Positions 19,592 through 27,580 of a DNA stretch of 64,000 nucleotides are shown here, one piece after another (the first letter of the stretch is position 1; each line of letters opens with the position of its first letter). Under the pieces are notes generated by a model. It worked only from the letters and a program-made list of their open reading frames with translations, was not told where the DNA came from and searched no databases. Source of the DNA: an uncultured Acidobacteriota bacterium. Lineage in GTDB: Bacteria > Acidobacteriota > Thermoanaerobaculia > UBA5066 > Gp7-AA6. The DNA lies in NCBI GenBank assembly GCA_963764715.1, contig CAVXTP010000022.1:512001-576000 (forward strand), in the 5' to 3' direction. Both the position numbers and the translations under genes were made by a program.

Positions 19592-21367
19592 ATGAACGCC
19601 ACACCCCGTTTCGACCCGAACACTCCCGTCAGGGACATCCTCGCGCGCTATCCGCAGCTCTCCTCGGCGCTCGCGGCGCACGGACTCGACTCCTGCTGCG
19701 GGGGCGAGCACCCGCTCGGCGATGCCTGCCGGGCGAAGGGCATCGCGCTCGATGACGTCGTCCGCGACCTCGAGGACGCCTGGCAGGCGGTCGAGGCCCA
19801 TAGCGTCGTGCCCCCGACGATGTCGATCCGCGAGATGACCCGCCGCTTTCCGGCGACCCGCCCGGTGCTCGAGCGTTACGGCCTCGGGGACTGCGGGGGG
19901 GCCGACGGACCGGAGGAGCCGCTGGCCTGGTTCGCGACGGTCCACCGGCTTCCGCTCGAGGACTTTCTCCGCGACGTGCGCGCGGCCGCCGTCAAGGACG
20001 TCGCCGCGGCGCCGCCCGACGTCTCGGCGAAGCCCGTCACCCTCTTCTCGCCCCATTTCGTGGCCGGCGCGCTCTTCCTGACGCTCACCCTCGGCGCCAC
20101 GACCGGGATGATCAACCTGCTCCGGATCGCGGCCGGCGGCGAGGTCCCGATCGACCACCGCCAGGTCCACGGACACACGCAGGTCCTGGGCTTCGCGGCG
20201 CTCTTCCTCATGGGCATCGCCTACCACGCGCTTCCCCGGATCCTCGGCGTCGGCGCCTTCGGCAGCCGCGCCCTCATCCGCTCGAGCTTCTGGCTCATGT
20301 TCTTCGGCGTGATCCTGCGCAACGCCGGGCAGCTCTTCGGCCTCTATCCCTTCGGCCGGCTGTCCTCGCTGCTCTCGGGCGGGATGGAGCTCGCGTCGGG
20401 CGCGATCTTCGTCCGGTTCGTCTTTTCGCTGCTCGCGCGCGTCCGGGAGGGCAAGTACGACCGGAAGGATCCCCTCCTCCGCTTCGTGCGAGCGGGCACC
20501 CTCTGCTTCGCCGTCGCGATCGGTCTGAGCGCGGCCCAGGGCCTCTGGCTCGGGGGCCACATCGACACGGTCCTCCCCGCCTCGCTCAACGAGTCCTTCT
20601 ACTTCGTGGCGCTCTACGGCTTCCTGCTCGCCTGGATCTACGGCTTCGGCCACCGGCTCGTCTCGCTCTTCCTCGGCGTCGGCCCGGCGGCGCCCTTCGC
20701 GGCTCCGCTGACGCTCGCGGCCCAGATGACGGGCGTGCTCCTCTATTCCGCGGGATGGGTCCCGGGCGTCCCGGACGCCGCCGCGCTCGCCCTGCGCGAC
20801 GCCGGGCTCTTCCTCGCCGCCGCCTCGGCCCTCGTCTTCCTCGCCGGCAACGGCTTTCTCTGGCGGCGCTCGGACCTTCCGATGCTGCGGACGCCCGGAA
20901 ATCCCACGTTCGCGATCCGCGCCGCCTTCGCGTCGCTCGGCCTGTGGGCGGTCCTCGAGGTCGCCGCCGTTCTCCTCACCCGCCTGACCCGCCTGCCGGC
21001 CCAGAACCTCTGGTGGGCCGACGCCGGGCGGCACGTCTTCACGATCGGCTTCGTGACGCTCCTGATCGTGGGGATGAGCTTCCGGATCCTGCCGGTCTTC
21101 TCCGGGAAGACCCTCTGGTCGCCGCGGCTGGCGCACGCGACGTACGCCCTCCTTCTCGTCGGCGTGGCGATGCGCCTGCTCCAGTACCCGGCGGCGTTCC
21201 TGCCCGTGTTCTACGAGATCGGCTCGTACATGGGGATCCCGGTCGTCCTGGCGCTCGTCCTCTTCGTGTTCAACCTCGTCCGCACGATGCGCGGGCGCCC
21301 GGCGCCGGAGAAGGCCTCGGCCCGACTGGCCACCGCCCGATTCGCCTCGACGCTCCCGGTGCGATAA
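19592..21367 (+). CDS. DUF542/ScdA_N-like domains fused to an NnrS-like membrane domain
   Basis: N-terminal GLDSCCGG (RIC/YtfE-type motif), a second related small domain (GLGDCGG), then a multi-TM domain with HGHTQVLGF and RHVFTIGF. Confidence 0.7.
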   Translation: MNATPRFDPNTPVRDILARYPQLSSALAAHGLDSCCGGEHPLGDACRAKGIALDDVVRDLEDAWQAVEAHSVVPPTMSIREMTRRFPATRPVLERYGLGDCGGADGPEEPLAWFATVHRLPLEDFLRDVRAAAVKDVAAAPPDVSAKPVTLFSPHFVAGALFLTLTLGATTGMINLLRIAAGGEVPIDHRQVHGHTQVLGFAALFLMGIAYHALPRILGVGAFGSRALIRSSFWLMFFGVILRNAGQLFGLYPFGRLSSLLSGGMELASGAIFVRFVFSLLARVREGKYDRKDPLLRFVRAGTLCFAVAIGLSAAQGLWLGGHIDTVLPASLNESFYFVALYGFLLAWIYGFGHRLVSLFLGVGPAAPFAAPLTLAAQMTGVLLYSAGWVPGVPDAAALALRDAGLFLAAASALVFLAGNGFLWRRSDLPMLRTPGNPTFAIRAAFASLGLWAVLEVAAVLLTRLTRLPAQNLWWADAGRHVFTIGFVTLLIVGMSFRILPVFSGKTLWSPRLAHATYALLLVGVAMRLLQYPAAFLPVFYEIGSYMGIPVVLALVLFVFNLVRTMRGRPAPEKASARLATARFASTLPVR

Positions 21368-21375
21368 TCCGCGGC

Positions 21376-22062
21376 GTGCCGCCGAGGCCGCCGATCCCGT
21401 TCAACGCCATCCCCATCCTCGCGCCCCTGACGGGCGAGGATCGCGCCGCGCTCGACCCGATCTGCGAGCTCAAGGCCTACGAGAAGGGCGAGGTGCTCTT
21501 CGAGGAAGGCTCGCCCGCGCTCTTCATCCAGTTCGTCTTCGTGGGACGCGTCAAGATCGTCAAGGCCGCCCCGGACCGCGACCTCATCCTCGAGATCCTC
21601 GGCCCCGGCGAGCCGGTCGGCGCGGTCGCGGTCTTCGAGCAGCGCCCCTACCCCGCCTCCGCCATCGCCCTCGAGCCGAGCGGAACGATCGCGATTCCCG
21701 AGCGCGAGTTCTTCCGCCTCGTCGAGAAGCGGCCCGAGATCACCCGCCGCCTGCTCGCGGGCCTCACGATGCGCCTCATGGCCTTGAACCGCCGGCTCGC
21801 CGACATGACCGGGTCCGTCGAATACCGCGCGGCGCGGCTCTTCTCGACGCTCGCGGAGCGGGCCGGCCGCAAGCAGGCCGACGGGATCTTCGTGCCGATC
21901 CACCTCTCCCGCCAGGACATCGCCGACCTCGCCGGGACGACGATCGAGACGGCCATCCGGATCATGAGCCGCTGGCAGAAGGAGGGGCTCGTCGAGACCG
22001 AGAAAGACGGGTTCCTGATCCGGCAGATCGCCGCCCTGCGCGAGCTCGCTCCGGCCGAATAG
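21376..22062 (+). CDS. Crp/Fnr family transcriptional regulator (DNR/HcpR-like, no FNR Cys cluster)
   Basis: cNMP-binding fold YEKGEVLFEEG...GRVKI...GPGEPVG; HTH LSRQDIADLAGTTIETAIRIMSRW. Confidence 0.92.
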   Translation: MPPRPPIPFNAIPILAPLTGEDRAALDPICELKAYEKGEVLFEEGSPALFIQFVFVGRVKIVKAAPDRDLILEILGPGEPVGAVAVFEQRPYPASAIALEPSGTIAIPEREFFRLVEKRPEITRRLLAGLTMRLMALNRRLADMTGSVEYRAARLFSTLAERAGRKQADGIFVPIHLSRQDIADLAGTTIETAIRIMSRWQKEGLVETEKDGFLIRQIAALRELAPAE

Positions 22063-22096
22063 CCGCGCGCGCCCGCGCGCCGGCGCCCCGGCGCTC

Positions 22097-23485
22097 CTAG
22101 TGCAGGTGCGCCGAGGGGTTGCCCGGAGGCAGAGCGGCGAAGGCCGGGTGCTCCGGGTTGCCGCGGGTCAGGATCATCGCGTAGAGGAAGGGCCCGAAGC
22201 TCGTCCCGCGGCGGCCGTTGACGGCGACGATCGGCGTCCCGTCGGAGTCGAACTGCGCGGCGGCCGCGAGGTCCTGCTGCAGCGCGGCCTGGGTCGCGGG
22301 CGAGGCAATGCAGGCGGCCAGCTTCTCGGGGGCCATGAATGGCGCGGCGATCGCCAGCACCGCGTTGCGATTCAGGTCCTTCTGCTTCGCAAAGAGGGCG
22401 GCCGCGAATTCGGGCTCCTTGCCCGACGGCTCCATGCAGATGCGCGCGGACGCCGCCACGCAGCGGACGTCGTCGCCCTTTCCGCCTTCGAAGGCGGGGT
22501 TGCACCGGCCGTCCAGCGGGTACTGCCGCGCGTCGACGCTGAAGCTTCCGGGGTCCGTGTGCTCGCGCAGCGTCTGCATCGTCTCCTGGAGGCCGGCGCA
22601 GTGCTCGCAGAGGATGTCGGTGAACTCCGTGATCCGGACCGGCGCCACGGCCGAGCCCACGAGCGCGCGCGGCGCGGGCAGCATGGCCGGGGGGGCGCTC
22701 CGGTAGATCGCGAGCGAGTCGGCGAGCATCTGGCGTCCGGCCGGGTCGAGGGTCGCCACGAGCTCCGCGAGCTTGCGGTCCTTCAGCTCGTCTCCGGTCC
22801 CGGTCGAGGCGGCCGACGGGGCCGCGGCCGGCTCGGACGCCGCCGTCCCGCCCGAGGTGGCGGCCTCCGCAATCGCCCGCCGGCCGGCTTCCCCGCTCGT
22901 CTTCGGCGTGCGCAGCCCCGGGTACAGCAGCAGCGCGAATGCCGCGGCCATGCAGCCGAGAGCGAGAGTCCAGCCCCGGCCGGCCTCCGGCAGACCCTCG
23001 CGCCGCCAGCCGAGGAGCGCGATCGCCGCGTAGGCTCCGACCACCAGATACGTCCCGATGCATCCGACGCAGATCGTCCCCGCCGCCGCGCTCGCGGCGA
23101 GAAGGACGGCGACGGCGAGGATCCCGGCCCCGGCCGTCAGGCGCACGGCCGAGACGAGCGCCGCGGGCGGCCGGCCCGACGCGATCCGGGCGAGACCGGC
23201 GAGCGGAAGGACGAAGGCGGCGACGCTCCACACGAGCCCCCAGCCCGAGATCGGGAGTCCCGTCAGCCGGTGGACGGAGGAGGCGAGGGCGCCGTTCCAG
23301 AGGGCCGTGCAGTCGAACTTCCCGCCGAAGCCGCAAAACGAGCCGCCGCCCGAGCGCGCAACGACCAGCTCCGCCCACAGGAAGAGGGACCAGAGCGCGG
23401 AGAGCGCGCCGAGGGCCGTCAGCTTCACCCAGGATTTCGCGGCGAGGGGACCGGTCGGTCGAGCTCCCGTATCGGCTTTAGCCAT
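22097..23485 (-). CDS. VKOR family - DsbA-like thioredoxin fusion
   Basis: VKOR loop C-GFGGKFD-C and TM CVGC; thioredoxin EFTDILCEHC and cis-Pro GTP. Confidence 0.82.
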   Translation of the reverse strand: MAKADTGARPTGPLAAKSWVKLTALGALSALWSLFLWAELVVARSGGGSFCGFGGKFDCTALWNGALASSVHRLTGLPISGWGLVWSVAAFVLPLAGLARIASGRPPAALVSAVRLTAGAGILAVAVLLAASAAAGTICVGCIGTYLVVGAYAAIALLGWRREGLPEAGRGWTLALGCMAAAFALLLYPGLRTPKTSGEAGRRAIAEAATSGGTAASEPAAAPSAASTGTGDELKDRKLAELVATLDPAGRQMLADSLAIYRSAPPAMLPAPRALVGSAVAPVRITEFTDILCEHCAGLQETMQTLREHTDPGSFSVDARQYPLDGRCNPAFEGGKGDDVRCVAASARICMEPSGKEPEFAAALFAKQKDLNRNAVLAIAAPFMAPEKLAACIASPATQAALQQDLAAAAQFDSDGTPIVAVNGRRGTSFGPFLYAMILTRGNPEHPAFAALPPGNPSAHLH

Positions 23486-23504
23486 GCCCGAATCTTGACA
23501 CGGC

Positions 23505-24731
23505 TCAGGATGCGGCGGCGGGGCGCGCCTTCCAGGAGACGTAGGGCCGGGCGAGCAGGCGAAGGGCCGAGAGCTTCCCCTCGTACAGCCGCCCGGCGAG
23601 CGAGCTCGGAACGAGCCCCCGGGCCTCCTCCGGCTGAACGACGAGCGACACTTCGATCGGCAGGATCCCGATCGGAAGCCCGGCGTCGCGGCAGGCCTCG
23701 TAGAGATGGGCGAAAACTTCCCGCATGGCGCCGGGGTCGGGGGGCGCCTCGTGCTCGAGCTCGCTCCCGATCGTCGGCCGGAAGATGCAGACCGTGGGAA
23801 ACGCTCCGGCCTCGACGATGCGGTCGATCCCGCGCATCGTCGCCTGGATCGGCTCGAGACCGGCGATGATCTCGCCCGAGACGCGGCCCCGCCCGAGCTT
23901 CTTCGCGGTGTACTCCATCGCCTCGAAGAACCCCTCCTGGCCGACCGACCGCGCCTTTCCAGGGCAGATCAGCTCGAACCAGCGGGGATCCTCGAGCTCG
24001 TAGCAGAACGAGAAGTGGTCCGTGCCGGCCTCGATCAGCGCGTCGTACTCCGAGAACTTGTTCCGCGGGACGGGGTGGGCCTGGACGCCGATGAATCCCC
24101 CGACCTCCGCGCGAATCGCCCGCACGTACGGCTCGCACTGGCGAAGGCCGTGGATCGGCTCGAGCCGGTCGACCTCCTCGAAGTGGTAGCCCGTGTTGAG
24201 GTGGGTGAAGACCGAGCCCGACTCGTCCCGGGCGGCGCGGGCGACCTCGACGACGTCCTCGACCTTCTTGCGCGCCTGCTCGTTGACGCCGACGTTCTTT
24301 CCGGTGGTGCAGAAGCGGCAGGCCTCGTTCCGGGCCCAGTACAGGCACGCGTTCGAGACGTACACCCCGAGGTAGTTGCCCTGCAGGACGCCGATGCGGT
24401 TCATCGGGATGCCCGAGGAGGTGGAGCGGCTGTACCAGGCGGGCTCCTCGGGGATCACCACCGGGTAGGACTCGCGGTCCCGGTCGTCGACGACGCAATA
24501 GCCGGTTTCCGTCCGGACGAGCTCGAACGGCGACGTCCACGCGAAGACCTCGACGACGGGCACGTTGACCCAGATCGGCTTGCGGCTCGAGGGAATGACG
24601 ATCTCGAGGCCCGAGCCGAGACCAGCGCGGGTCCGCGAGATCCGCCGGCCGTCCTGCTCGACGGTCGAGTTCTCCGGAAGCCGCAGGCCCCGGCAGAAAA
24701 GCTCGATTTCCAGTTCGACGGGCGACAACAC
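23505..24731 (-). CDS. Radical SAM protein (MSMEG_0568/biotin-synthase-related type, function unknown)
   Basis: RTRAGLGSG N-terminus and CLYWARNEACRFC (Cx8Cx2C). GTG 24731 is preferred over TTG 24740 because TAGCTT lies 7 nt upstream. Confidence 0.8.
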   Translation of the reverse strand: MLSPVELEIELFCRGLRLPENSTVEQDGRRISRTRAGLGSGLEIVIPSSRKPIWVNVPVVEVFAWTSPFELVRTETGYCVVDDRDRESYPVVIPEEPAWYSRSTSSGIPMNRIGVLQGNYLGVYVSNACLYWARNEACRFCTTGKNVGVNEQARKKVEDVVEVARAARDESGSVFTHLNTGYHFEEVDRLEPIHGLRQCEPYVRAIRAEVGGFIGVQAHPVPRNKFSEYDALIEAGTDHFSFCYELEDPRWFELICPGKARSVGQEGFFEAMEYTAKKLGRGRVSGEIIAGLEPIQATMRGIDRIVEAGAFPTVCIFRPTIGSELEHEAPPDPGAMREVFAHLYEACRDAGLPIGILPIEVSLVVQPEEARGLVPSSLAGRLYEGKLSALRLLARPYVSWKARPAAAS

Positions 24732-24766
24732 CGATTTCAAGCTAGAGCCTGCCCGAACCGGGCGCC

Positions 24767-24780
24767 ATGATGCAAATCAT
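24767..24780. promoter_or_regulatory. Crp/Fnr-type box ATGATGCAAATCAT (radical SAM promoter)
   Basis: Centred 42.5 nt upstream of GTG 24731 on the minus strand. Confidence 0.72.
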
Positions 24781-24841
24781 CCAGATGGAGCGAGAGCTCA
24801 CGCCGGCGTGAACCGCAAAAATCGGTGAAATCGAGCCGGAC

Positions 24842-24855
24842 ATGACGGGCATCAT
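24842..24855. promoter_or_regulatory. Crp/Fnr-type box ATGACGGGCATCAT (nos supra-operon promoter)
   Basis: GATCGT -10-like element at 24879-24884; first ATG at 24898. Confidence 0.72.
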
Positions 24856-24897
24856 AAGCCCCTCACCGGCCCCCGCGGGATCGTTCGATCGAGAACG

Positions 24898-25122
24898 ATG
24901 AGCAGGCCCCCCAAGCCGACCGCCCCCCCCGCCGCACGGGAATTCCTTTCGACGGGCGAAGTCGCGCGCCTCTTCGGCGTCTCGCCGTCGGCCGTGACCC
25001 GCTGGGCGCGCACCGGGGTCCTCAAGGCCGTCCGCACGCCCGGGGGGCACTACCGATTCCGCGCGAGCACGCTGCGCCGGGCCGCGATCGAGATCCCCGA
25101 CGAGCCGCAGCGCCTGGACTGA
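24898..25122 (+). CDS. Small MerR-like/BldC-like helix-turn-helix protein
   Basis: FLSTGEVARLFGVSPSAVTRWARTGVLKAVRTPGGHYRF is a typical HTH_17/BldC pattern. Confidence 0.85.
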   Translation: MSRPPKPTAPPAAREFLSTGEVARLFGVSPSAVTRWARTGVLKAVRTPGGHYRFRASTLRRAAIEIPDEPQRLD

Positions 25123-25126
25123 CGCC

Positions 25127-27052
25127 GTGCCGATCGCCGCCCGCCTTCCCGATCTCGCCCACTGGAAAGCCCAGGTCAAGTGCCAGGCCGGCTGCCCCGT
25201 CGCGACGGACGCCGGGCGATACGTCCAGCTGATCGCCGACGGGCGCGACGAGGATGCGTTCCTCGTCGCCCGGGCGCCGAACCCCTTCGCCTCGGTCTGC
25301 GGCCGCGTCTGCGCGGCGCCCTGCGAGGACGCCTGCCGTCGGGGCGCGATCGACTCGCCGATCTCGATCCGCGCGCTCAAGCGCTTCGTGACCGAGAAGT
25401 ACGGCGTCGAGTCGATCCGGCCAGCCACCCAGGACGTCCTGCGCGACGCTCTCGTGACCGAGGGCAATCGCTACGCCGGGCACCTTCCCGTGCATCCCCT
25501 CTCGGGAAACGGCGGGAAAGCGCGCGTGCGGGTCGCCGTCATCGGAGCCGGCCCGTCGGGCCTCTCGGCCGCGCACGACCTGGCCCTCCTCGGCTACGCC
25601 GTCACGGTCTTCGAAGCCTCCGAGGAGCCCGGCGGCATGATGCGCTTCGGCATCCCGGAGTACCGGCTTCCCCGCACGCTCATCCGCGCGGAGATCGAAA
25701 AGATCCTCTCGCTCGGCGTCACGCTGAAGCTCCGGACGCCGCTCTCGCCCGACTTCGGTCTCGCTGCGCTCCGGGCCGAAGGGTTCGAGTCCGTCTTCCT
25801 TTCGGTCGGAGTCTCCCGCGGCCGCGACCTGCAGGTGCCGGGCGTCGAGAAGGACGGCGTCGTCAAGGCCGTCGACTACCTCTTGAACGTCAACCGGGGC
25901 TTCCGGATGGACCTCGGGCGCCGCGTCGTCGTCATCGGCGGCGGCTTCGTCGCCTTCGACGCCGCGCGCACGGCGCTCCGTCTCGGACGGGAGGCGGACG
26001 TCGACCGCCTCGAAGCGGATTTCGACGCCGCCGACGAGAGCGCCCGGATGAAGGAGGCGCTCGACTCGGCGCGCGCGGCGATCCGGGGAGGCGCGGCCGA
26101 GGTCACGATCGTGTCGCTCGAGAGCTTCGAGGAGATGCCCGTCCTCCGGACGACCCAGGGGCACGAGGAGTTCGAGGAAGCGAAGAAAGAGGGCGTCGTA
26201 TTCGTCCCCCGGCGCGGTCCGAGCCGTTTCCTGGGCGGCAATCGCCTCGAGGCCGTCGAGCTGAAGCGGGTCGTCTCCGTCTTCGACGAGAACGGCCGGT
26301 TCGCCCCGCGCTACGACGAGACCGACCTCATCTCGCTTCCGGCCGACGCCTGCGTTTTGGCCATCGGGCAGCAGCCCGACCTCTCGTTCCTCAAGCCCGC
26401 GGACGGCGTCGCGCTGTCGCCGGGCGGGACCATCAAGGTCGACCCCGCGACCCTCGCGACCTCCGCCCCCGGCATCTTCGCGGGGGGCGACGTCGCGTTC
26501 GGCCCCCGCAACCTCATCGAGGCCGTCGCCAACGGAAAGCTCGCCGCGCGCTCGATCCACGAGCGCCTCTCGCGGGAGACCCCGCGCCTCGAGTCGCATC
26601 TGGAGGTCGAAAAGATCCCGACCGCGAGCTATCGGATGGTCGCGGGCTTCGAGATCTTCGACCGCGAGTCCCCCCCGATGCTCGACGTCGGCCGGCGCAC
26701 CGGCATCGCCGAGGTCGAAACGGGCTACGCCGAGGTCGAGGCCCGCCGCCAGGCCGCGCGGTGCCTCGTCTGCCACGTCCAGACGATCTACGACCCGGAG
26801 AAGTGCGTCCTCTGCAACCGCTGCGTGGACATCTGCCCCGAATACTGCCTGTCGATCGTTCCCTTCGAGGCGCTCGACCTGCCCGCCGAGGAGCGCGCCG
26901 CGCTCGCGGCCCGCGCGGAGGCCGACGGGCTGCCGCTCTCGGCCATGGTCAAGGACGACGAGCGCTGCATCCGGTGCGGCCTCTGCGCGATCCGCTGCCC
27001 GACCGACGCGATGACGATGGAGCGCTTCTCGATCACGGAGCGATTCCGGTGA
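25127..27052 (+). CDS. NAD(P)H-dependent FAD/FeS oxidoreductase (GltD/NfnB/DsrL-like) with C-terminal 2x[4Fe-4S] domain
   Basis: CQAGCP...CGRVCAAPCEDACRR; GAGPSG; GGMMRFGIPEYRLP; GGGFVAFD; FAGGD; CVLCNRCVDICP and CIRCGLCAIRCP. Confidence 0.88.
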   Translation: MPIAARLPDLAHWKAQVKCQAGCPVATDAGRYVQLIADGRDEDAFLVARAPNPFASVCGRVCAAPCEDACRRGAIDSPISIRALKRFVTEKYGVESIRPATQDVLRDALVTEGNRYAGHLPVHPLSGNGGKARVRVAVIGAGPSGLSAAHDLALLGYAVTVFEASEEPGGMMRFGIPEYRLPRTLIRAEIEKILSLGVTLKLRTPLSPDFGLAALRAEGFESVFLSVGVSRGRDLQVPGVEKDGVVKAVDYLLNVNRGFRMDLGRRVVVIGGGFVAFDAARTALRLGREADVDRLEADFDAADESARMKEALDSARAAIRGGAAEVTIVSLESFEEMPVLRTTQGHEEFEEAKKEGVVFVPRRGPSRFLGGNRLEAVELKRVVSVFDENGRFAPRYDETDLISLPADACVLAIGQQPDLSFLKPADGVALSPGGTIKVDPATLATSAPGIFAGGDVAFGPRNLIEAVANGKLAARSIHERLSRETPRLESHLEVEKIPTASYRMVAGFEIFDRESPPMLDVGRRTGIAEVETGYAEVEARRQAARCLVCHVQTIYDPEKCVLCNRCVDICPEYCLSIVPFEALDLPAEERAALAARAEADGLPLSAMVKDDERCIRCGLCAIRCPTDAMTMERFSITERFR

Positions 27053-27063
27053 AGGAGCCGAAG

Positions 27064-27570
27064 ATGACCGAGACCAAGGACCGCCGGGAGTTCCTCTTGA
27101 AGATCGGCATCGGGAGCGGGATCGCCGCCCTCGGCGCGCAGACCGTCGCCTCGATGCGGTCCCTCGTCCCGAACGTCTCGTACGACGCCCCGACGACCGT
27201 CAAGATCGGCGCGCCGAACGACTTTCCGGACGGCCTGCAGTTCCTGCCGGACCAGCGCCTCTACGTCTTCCGGGACGGCCGGACGTTCCACGCGATCTCG
27301 GCGGTCTGCACGCACCTCGGCTGCACCGTCCGCGCGGAGGCCCTCGCGAAGATCGAGACGGCGACGGTCGACGGCCAGCCGCTCCGGCTGACCCACCGGT
27401 TCCTCTGCCCGTGCCACGGCTCCCGGTACAACGGCGACGGCACGAACGTCTCCGGTCCCGCCCCGAAGCCCCTGACCTGGTTCCACCTGTCCGTCGCCCC
27501 CGAGGACGGCCAGCTCGTCGTCGACCTCGCCCGTCCCGTCGACCGCGACTTCCGCCTGACCGTGGCCTGA
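27064..27570 (+). CDS. Rieske [2Fe-2S] subunit of a Rieske/cytochrome b complex
   Basis: Tat-like DRREFL anchor; CTHLGC and CPCHGSRY boxes. Confidence 0.93.
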   Translation: MTETKDRREFLLKIGIGSGIAALGAQTVASMRSLVPNVSYDAPTTVKIGAPNDFPDGLQFLPDQRLYVFRDGRTFHAISAVCTHLGCTVRAEALAKIETATVDGQPLRLTHRFLCPCHGSRYNGDGTNVSGPAPKPLTWFHLSVAPEDGQLVVDLARPVDRDFRLTVA

Positions 27571-27580
27571 AGGAGACCGC

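Noticed and set aside
16357-19638. 1093-aa minus-strand ORF
   Set aside because: Antisense shadow of the E1 gene; only the last 89 aa (acylphosphatase) are a real protein.
26762-26776. CLVCH in the flavoprotein as a heme c site
   Set aside because: The protein has no export signal, and this RCLxC position is the usual FeS-ligand segment of GltD-like proteins.
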